Part shown: positions 58,701 through 64,000 of the stretch, in pieces
Numbering within the stretch: the first letter of the stretch is position 1
Layout of the letters: the number at the start of each line of letters is the position of its first letter
From: Neovahlkampfia damariscottae
Taxonomy: Eukaryota
Assembly: GCA_016618085.1 (NCBI GenBank)
Contig: JABLTG010000040.1
Coordinates: 1-64,000 of the forward strand
Direction: 5' to 3'
Length of the DNA: 64,000 nucleotides
The notes under the pieces: generated by a model
The model's database searches: none
What the model was told of the DNA's origin: nothing
Seen by the model: the letters and a program-made list of their open reading frames with translations, nothing else
Position numbers and translations under genes: made by a program

Positions 58701-61034
58701 TTAAAACCTGGTGAAACTAAATTTCCACAACCAGTTAATTTACAAAGATTAATTTTAAATGCACAAAAATCATTCAATATTGATTTAACAAAAAAATCAA
58801 CTTTACATCCAATTGATGTTATTCAAAAAGTTAAAGAAAAATGTAAAAAATTAATTATTATCAATGGAGAAGATGCATTATCAAAAGAAGCACAAAAAAA
58901 TGCAACAATTTTAATACATTGTTTAATTAGATCAGTTTTATCTTCAAAAAGAGTTATTCAAGAATTTAAATTAGATAAACATGCATTTGAATTAGTTTTA
59001 GGTGAAATTGAATCAAAATTTTTACGTGCACTTGTTACAGCAGGAGAATCAGTTGGTGCATTAGGTGCTCAATCAATTGGAGAACCTGCAACACAAATGA
59101 CATTAAATACTTTTCATTTTGCTGGTGTTGGTTCAAAAAATGTTACACTTGGTGTTCCACGTTTAAAAGAATTAATTAATGTTGCTGCAACAAACAAAAC
59201 ACCTTCTTTAACAATTTATTTAGAAGATAATATTAAATTTGATTCTGAAATTGCAGAAAAGAAAATGCCATTTTTATTAGAACATACATTTTTAGGTAAA
59301 ATGACAGATACATCAAGTATTTTTTATGATCCAGATCCAGAAAATACATTAATTGAACAAGATGAAGAATTTGTTCAAGAATATTTTGAAATGCCAGGTG
59401 TTGAAAAAAATAATTTATCACCATGGTTACTTCGTTTAGAAATTAATAGAAAAATGAAAGGAAAAGATATTACAATGGAACAAATTGCAGAAAAAATTGA
59501 AAAAGATTTTGATGGAATTTTAATTTGTATTCCAACAAATGAAAATGCAAAACAATTAGTTTTACAAATAAGATTAAAAGAAACTGATGAATCAAAAGAA
59601 TTTTCATTTGCAAATAAAGGATTAGAATATTTAAGAGCAATTGAAGATCATTTATTAAATAAAATGGAATTAAGAGGTATTCCAGGAATTAAAAAAGTTT
59701 CAGTTGATAAAAATAAACAAACAAATGAATATGTTTTATTAACTGAAGGAATTAATCTTGAAGAAGTTTTAACTGTTCAAGGTGTTGATTCAAAATATAC
59801 AACTTCAAATAATATAACTGAAATTTATAGAGTTTTAGGTATTGAAGCTTGTAGAGCTGCATTATTAAAAGAACTCAGAAATGTTATTGAATTTGATGGT
59901 TCTTATGTTAATTATCGTCATTTAGCTACTTTATGTGATGTTATGACTCAACGTGGAAGTTTAATGGCTATTACAAGACATGGTGTTGGAAGAGCTGATG
60001 CAGGACCTTTAATGAGATGTTCATTTGAAGAAACTGTTGAAATTTTAATGGAAGCTGGTATATTTGCAGAACAAGATCCTATTAAAGGTATTTCTGCAAA
60101 TGTTATGGTTGGTCAATTATCTTCAATGGGAACAGGTTGTTTTGATATTGTTTTAGATGAATCAATGTTAAAAAATGCAGTTGATATTCGTTTAGAACCT
60201 GTAAATGAATATGATGGAACAATGTATGGTGGTGATACAGGAACACCTTATCATGAAGCAAATTATCCATATTCACCAATGACACCAGGTACACCTGGAA
60301 CACCTTATGAATCAGGTCAATTCTCACCATTGGTATCAAGTCCAGAAAGTGGTTTTAGTCCTTATCAAAAGACACCATTTCAACAAACTTCATTATATTC
60401 AAATCAACCAACTTCACCTGGTAATTACTCACCTAGTTCACCTGGATATACAAGTCCAATGTATTCACCAGGACCAACAAGTCCTTCAGGTAGTTATTCA
60501 CCAAGTTCACCTGGTTATTCACCAACATCACCTGGTTATTCACCAACAAGTCCTGGATATTCACCTACTTCACCTGGATACTCTCCAACAAGTCCAAGTT
60601 ATTCACCAACTAGTCCTTCATATTCACCAACTTCTCCAAGTTATTCACCAACAAGTCCAAGTTATTCACCTACATCACCAAGTTATTCACCAACTAGTCC
60701 AAGTTATTCACCAACAAGTCCAAGTTATTCACCAACTTCACCTTCATATTCACCTACATCACCAAGTTATTCACCAACATCACCTTCATATTCAAATAAA
60801 GGTAGTGTAGTAGGAGGATCATCTGGAAGTTATTCACCTACATCACCAAGTTATTCACCGACTAGTCCAAGTTACTCACCAACAAGTCCAAGTTACAGTT
60901 ATTCACCAAGCTCACCAAGTTATAAAAATGAAAAAGCGGCTAACGAGTTTGCATATTCACCTTCATCACCTTCATATACTCCTTCATCACCAACATATCT
61001 CAGTCAAAAACAAGATGAAGAAGATGAAAAATAA
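55761..61034 (+). CDS. RPB1: RNA polymerase II largest subunit
   Basis: CSGHFGHI, NLMGKRVDFSART, NRQPSLHKMSMMGH, YNADFDGDEMN, EPATQMTLNTFH, heptad CTD; intronless 1757 aa. Confidence 0.99.
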   Translation: MTTTTNTYTFSQAETKKIGKIQFGILSPETIKNMSVVEIIHSEHTERGKAKIGGVLDPHMGSIEPSVSCSTCSANMLECSGHFGHINLAKPMFHISFLNTTVKILQCVCLSCGALLTDKTSHLWEESQRLPPKARLRAVHQLCRGEGECKVEESVDQNQNQEEISEEQPTKTGGFGGCGAFKPSIKREKLKIFAEHKPNQILQDNTERKYELTAEKVLAIFKKIKDEDILAMGFDTLYSRPEWMVLTVLPVPPPCVRPSVAFGTSGRSEDDLTYKISDIMKANKALANQSLNGTAAHQISDQMDLLQFHIATYVDNEIPGQARAEHSSGRPIKSIRQRLKGKDGRIRENLMGKRVDFSARTVITPDPNLSIDQVGVPRSVALNLTFPEIVTPFNIDKMLELIRNGPREHPGAKYVIKEDGGRFNLGIVKKPEDIHLEFGHIVERHIQDGDVILFNRQPSLHKMSMMGHHVKVMPYSTFRLNLSVTSPYNADFDGDEMNLHVPQSLQTKSELLNLMMVSKNIISPQANKPVIGIVQDSLLACSKMTRRDVFLSRDLMMNILMWVKEFDGKIVTPAILKPKVLWTGKQLFSTILPLVNLSRYSSEYEDYTRKKKGEGYAPDYDEDLCPFDTKVIIDRGVVLSGICDTKTLGKAAGGLIHVIMHEWGSEQAKNFIDRIQQIVNNWLITIGFSVGIADTIADEDTMKNIEETIKQAQDNVQTVIKDAQEGKLNVKPGTTFLESFEMEVNYHLNKARDDAGSRAQKSLVRNNIKSMVLAGSKGSYINISQIIACVGQQNVDGKRIPYGFRNRTLPHFTQDDHGPESRGFVANSYLRGLTPQEFFFHSMGGREGLIDTAVKTSETGYIQRRLMKAMEDVTVRYDGTVRDGSGNIIQFLYGEDGMDSTFLEFQTFNTIKMGDEEFDRRYKYKISQHGGMLSGFGKGYLQPEIIEDFKKNPKKLLILQEEYDQLQEDRKFLKHFSKTILKPGETKFPQPVNLQRLILNAQKSFNIDLTKKSTLHPIDVIQKVKEKCKKLIIINGEDALSKEAQKNATILIHCLIRSVLSSKRVIQEFKLDKHAFELVLGEIESKFLRALVTAGESVGALGAQSIGEPATQMTLNTFHFAGVGSKNVTLGVPRLKELINVAATNKTPSLTIYLEDNIKFDSEIAEKKMPFLLEHTFLGKMTDTSSIFYDPDPENTLIEQDEEFVQEYFEMPGVEKNNLSPWLLRLEINRKMKGKDITMEQIAEKIEKDFDGILICIPTNENAKQLVLQIRLKETDESKEFSFANKGLEYLRAIEDHLLNKMELRGIPGIKKVSVDKNKQTNEYVLLTEGINLEEVLTVQGVDSKYTTSNNITEIYRVLGIEACRAALLKELRNVIEFDGSYVNYRHLATLCDVMTQRGSLMAITRHGVGRADAGPLMRCSFEETVEILMEAGIFAEQDPIKGISANVMVGQLSSMGTGCFDIVLDESMLKNAVDIRLEPVNEYDGTMYGGDTGTPYHEANYPYSPMTPGTPGTPYESGQFSPLVSSPESGFSPYQKTPFQQTSLYSNQPTSPGNYSPSSPGYTSPMYSPGPTSPSGSYSPSSPGYSPTSPGYSPTSPGYSPTSPGYSPTSPSYSPTSPSYSPTSPSYSPTSPSYSPTSPSYSPTSPSYSPTSPSYSPTSPSYSPTSPSYSPTSPSYSNKGSVVGGSSGSYSPTSPSYSPTSPSYSPTSPSYSYSPSSPSYKNEKAANEFAYSPSSPSYTPSSPTYLSQKQDEEDEK
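60495..61000 (+). repeat. RPB1 CTD 21-nt coding tandem repeat (YSPTSPS heptads)
   Basis: 14 contiguous heptads at 60495-60788, a 14-aa spacer, 3 more consensus heptads, then degenerate copies. Confidence 0.95.
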
Positions 61035-61091
61035 CTTTAATGAATAAAAAAAAAAAAAAAACAAAATAAAAGATTTTTTTTAAAAAAATTT

Positions 61092-62286
61092 TTAACTTTT
61101 ATAAATTTGAGTTGCAGTAATACCTTTAACTGCGTAACCTGATTGTGAGTAAATATCAGTTGTTAATTGTGAAACATCTGGTAAAGGTGATTCTGTTGCA
61201 AATTGGACAGCTTCTTTGACTTCTTTTCTGATGTCTAATTCAATTGCTTTTAATTCTTCTTGTGTAGCAACTTTCTTTTCAATTAACTTTTGTTTTAAAA
61301 GTTGAATTGGGTCTTTATTTGTACGAACATCTTTAACTTCTTCTCTTGTTCTGTAAGATGTACCTGGATCTGACATAGAATGACCATAGTAACGATAACT
61401 TGACATATGAAGAATAATTGGTCCATTATTAACAGCCCAATCTTTTGCATAACGTGCTGCTGATCTAACTGCCATAACATCCATACCATCAACTAAAATT
61501 CCTGGAATATAATCTCCTCTTGAATAATAATCTTCAGATGCTGAACTTCTTTTTGTTGATGTACCCATACCATATTTATTATCTTCAACAACAAAAACGC
61601 ATGGTAAATTCCATAAAGCAGCCATATTGTAACTTTCAAAAACTTGACCTTGATTTGATGCACCATCACCCATATAAGCCCATGAACAATTCTTTTTCTT
61701 TTGATATTTTAAAGCATATGCTAAACCAGCACCTACTGGTACTTGAGCACCAACAATACCATTTCCACCCCAAAAATTATTTTTTGCCATATACATATGC
61801 ATTGAACCTCCTTTTCCTTTTGCACATCCTGTAGCTTTGCCCATTAATTCGGCTAATACTGATTTTGCTGTATCACCACGAAGAATTTGATGTCCATGGT
61901 CTCTATAAGCTGTAATACAATGATCTTCATAATTGGATTCAGATTCAATTCCAACTAAAATAGCTTCTTCTCCAGCATATAAATGACAAAATCCTCTGAT
62001 TTTTCTTTGTTTATATTCTGTTTCTGAAGCTAATTCAGTTCTACGGACTAATTCCATATAACGGAACATTTTTAAACATTCTTCTTTTGTTGTTACAACT
62101 TTATCAGATGGTTCTAAAAGTTAACAAAGTTTTTTTTTTTTTTTTACTTCCAAATTTTCCTTCAAATTTTTTTGGTGTGTGAATACGGAATTGTTTTTCT
62201 GTATCTACTTCAAATGTGAATTTTTTTTCAGTTGACATTAAACGATAGTTTGTATTTTTTGGTTTTATAACTTTGAGAGTTTTCAT
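61092..62286 (-). CDS. PDHA1: Pyruvate dehydrogenase E1 alpha subunit, mitochondrial
   Basis: IRGFCHLY, KGKGGSMHM, GGNGIVGAQVP, MGDGASNQGQ, YRYYGHSMSDPGTSYRTREE; one intron. Confidence 0.97.
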
Positions 62287-62589
62287 TTTTTAGTTCAAAA
62301 TTAAAGTGAGTTTTTGGTGAAGAAAAAAATCGGTTACAAATTTTCTCTGATTGGTCAATTTTTTTAGCTGAAAGAGCACCAAGATTAACATGCATTAAAC
62401 TACCAAATATCGCAGTAGTTTTCATCAATTCAACTATTTTTTCATCACATCTTTTGATTGGATAATTTCTATTGATTTTTCAAATCATTTTATAGTTTTA
62501 TTATTCATACAGTGTTAATTTAAATCCAAATCAAAAAGAATTTAATGATATACTCTCATTTGGATGAATCCCTTTTGCAAGATAACATT

Positions 62590-63743
62590 TTATTCATTAA
62601 CTTCTTCAATTTTAAATAAATCAGTATTGATATCAATTTCATTTTTTACAGGGACAACAGGTTCCATAATTAATGATTCCTTTTCCATTTTTTTTTCATC
62701 TTTCCATAATTTTGTGAATAAAAATAAAATGAAATGAATTGTTCCATAAATAACTAATACAAATGCATATTGCCATATGATACCTAAAACACCAACATCT
62801 TTAATTTCACCAATTTGAATATATTCAACAGATGGATAAATAACCATGAATATAATTGATATAGGAACAACAATAAAATGTGGGAGCATCATTTCTTTAA
62901 TTGATTCTTTTAAACTATTATCTGAGTTTATTGGATACCAATATGAAATTAACCATTTAGTGATGATAAAAAACAATCCTAAAAATACAAATAATCTATA
63001 ACTCTTAACTGTTGTTTCATCAAAATCATGTACTAATTGATCTATTTGTTTTTGTGTTATTTTAAATGTTTTATCAATTAAATTTATTGTTAAATCAAAA
63101 AATTCATGTCTAAATTTTTCAGTTTTTTCTTTAATTTTTAACACTTTTTCTTTTGTATCTGATGTTGATATTTTTGATTCTTTTTCAACAAAATTTAAAA
63201 TATTAGTAATTTCAATTGCTGTTTTATCCATTATTATTTTCCCTGAATTCTTTACTGTTTCTGATAATCTTTTAACTTGTAATCTCACAACATCAAGTGA
63301 TTTTTGATGAACATCATCAATTAAATTTTGAGTTTTACTTAAAGTATTTTGAAGTTCATCAGTTGCTTCTTTATTTAGATTCTTAACTTTTACTTCTATA
63401 TTTTTTGTTTGTGATGAAACAACTTCATGAATTTTTTGTAAAGAAGTTTGAATTTTTTGAAGTGAAGTTGTCTTGATTTTTCCTCTTAAATCATTAACTC
63501 TGGCATGTATAGATGCTAAATTAGCACTTATAGTTTGTGTATAAAAAGAACCAACACCTTTCTGCCATACGTTAAAATTAATTCCATTGACTGATGAGAC
63601 CCTCATTGATTTGGGTATGAATGCTCTTCCAATACTTCTTGTTGCTCTTGAAATAAGTTAGTCAATGATTTTATATACCCTTTTGCTTCATTTGAACCAA
63701 ATGAAATCAAGACGAAAAATAAAACAAGCAACCAATTGCTCAT
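62590..63743 (-). CDS. Hypothetical protein: signal peptide, amphipathic helical repeats, 3 C-terminal TMs
   Basis: MSNWLLVLFFVLISFG exon spliced through a 32-nt intron into the 338-aa ORF. Confidence 0.6.
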
Positions 63744-63816
63744 CTCTAATCTGGGATTTTGGAAATAAAATGACAATATGATTGGATAATAATCAATTTT
63801 GGAACATCCGCAACAA

Positions 63817-64000
63817 ATGAAAAGAGTGCTAGTGCTAATCGTTATTTTTTTACTCTTTCTTAATTGTAAAGCTGAAGAATTTAATACACCAACTTCAACA
63901 ATGTTATTTTGTAATCTAACTCAAACTTGTCAGAACTCTCATGTAAACATTTCAGAAATAATTTCAGATTTACTTTTGCCTGGATTAAGACATGAATTTA
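63817..64000 (+). CDS. Secreted/membrane protein, 5' fragment (runs off window)
   Basis: MKRVLVLIVIFLLFLNCKA signal peptide; frame open to the window end. Confidence 0.55.
   Translation, partial: MKRVLVLIVIFLLFLNCKAEEFNTPTSTMLFCNLTQTCQNSHVNISEIISDLLLPGLRHEF

Noticed and set aside
56095..60810. Numerous short alternative-frame and antisense ORFs (here and throughout the track)
   Set aside because: They overlap well-supported genes and have compositions expected from codon bias; no recognisable motifs.
60495..61000. 21-nt periodic repeat resembling a CRISPR or satellite array
   Set aside because: It is the coding RPB1 CTD heptad repeat, with synonymous variation and no spacers.
55761..61034. 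Possible intein in RPB1 (also checked XPB and V-ATPase subunit a)
   Set aside because: Conserved motifs are contiguous, lengths are normal and no Hint blocks are visible.

Overview
This is a very AT-rich, gene-dense eukaryotic nuclear contig with about 38 protein genes, GT-AG introns of about 30-40 nt, very short intergenic spacers, an RPB1 with a YSPTSPS C-terminal domain, and the standard genetic code. It is most likely from a free-living protist; a heterolobosean/discoban amoeba is my inference only. Most genes are housekeeping (RPB1, XPB, RAD17, NBS1, V-ATPase subunit a, PDH E1-alpha, GPD2, acyl-CoA oxidase, QCR6, NDUFA1, tRNA-Gln). The standout is a 565-aa VMA1/PI-SceI-type intein with both LAGLIDADG motifs and an extra HTH-like insert. 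It sits in the cytosolic Fe-S assembly gene NAR1/NARFL directly before the first Cys of the CxxCxxC cluster-binding motif; I do not know NAR1 as a described intein host. The window also begins with the 3' end of a Fanzor2/TnpB-like RNA-guided nuclease gene followed by a structured candidate omegaRNA and element end. Other oddities: a probable nucleotide-sugar transporter/methyltransferase fusion, a C2-C2-cyclophilin protein, a REVEILLE8-like MYB, a 7x ADF-H protein, a bacterial-type flotillin, 6-29 nt micro-exons in GPD2, and CCAAT boxes near most start codons. Exon boundaries and family assignments were made by eye; no searches were run.
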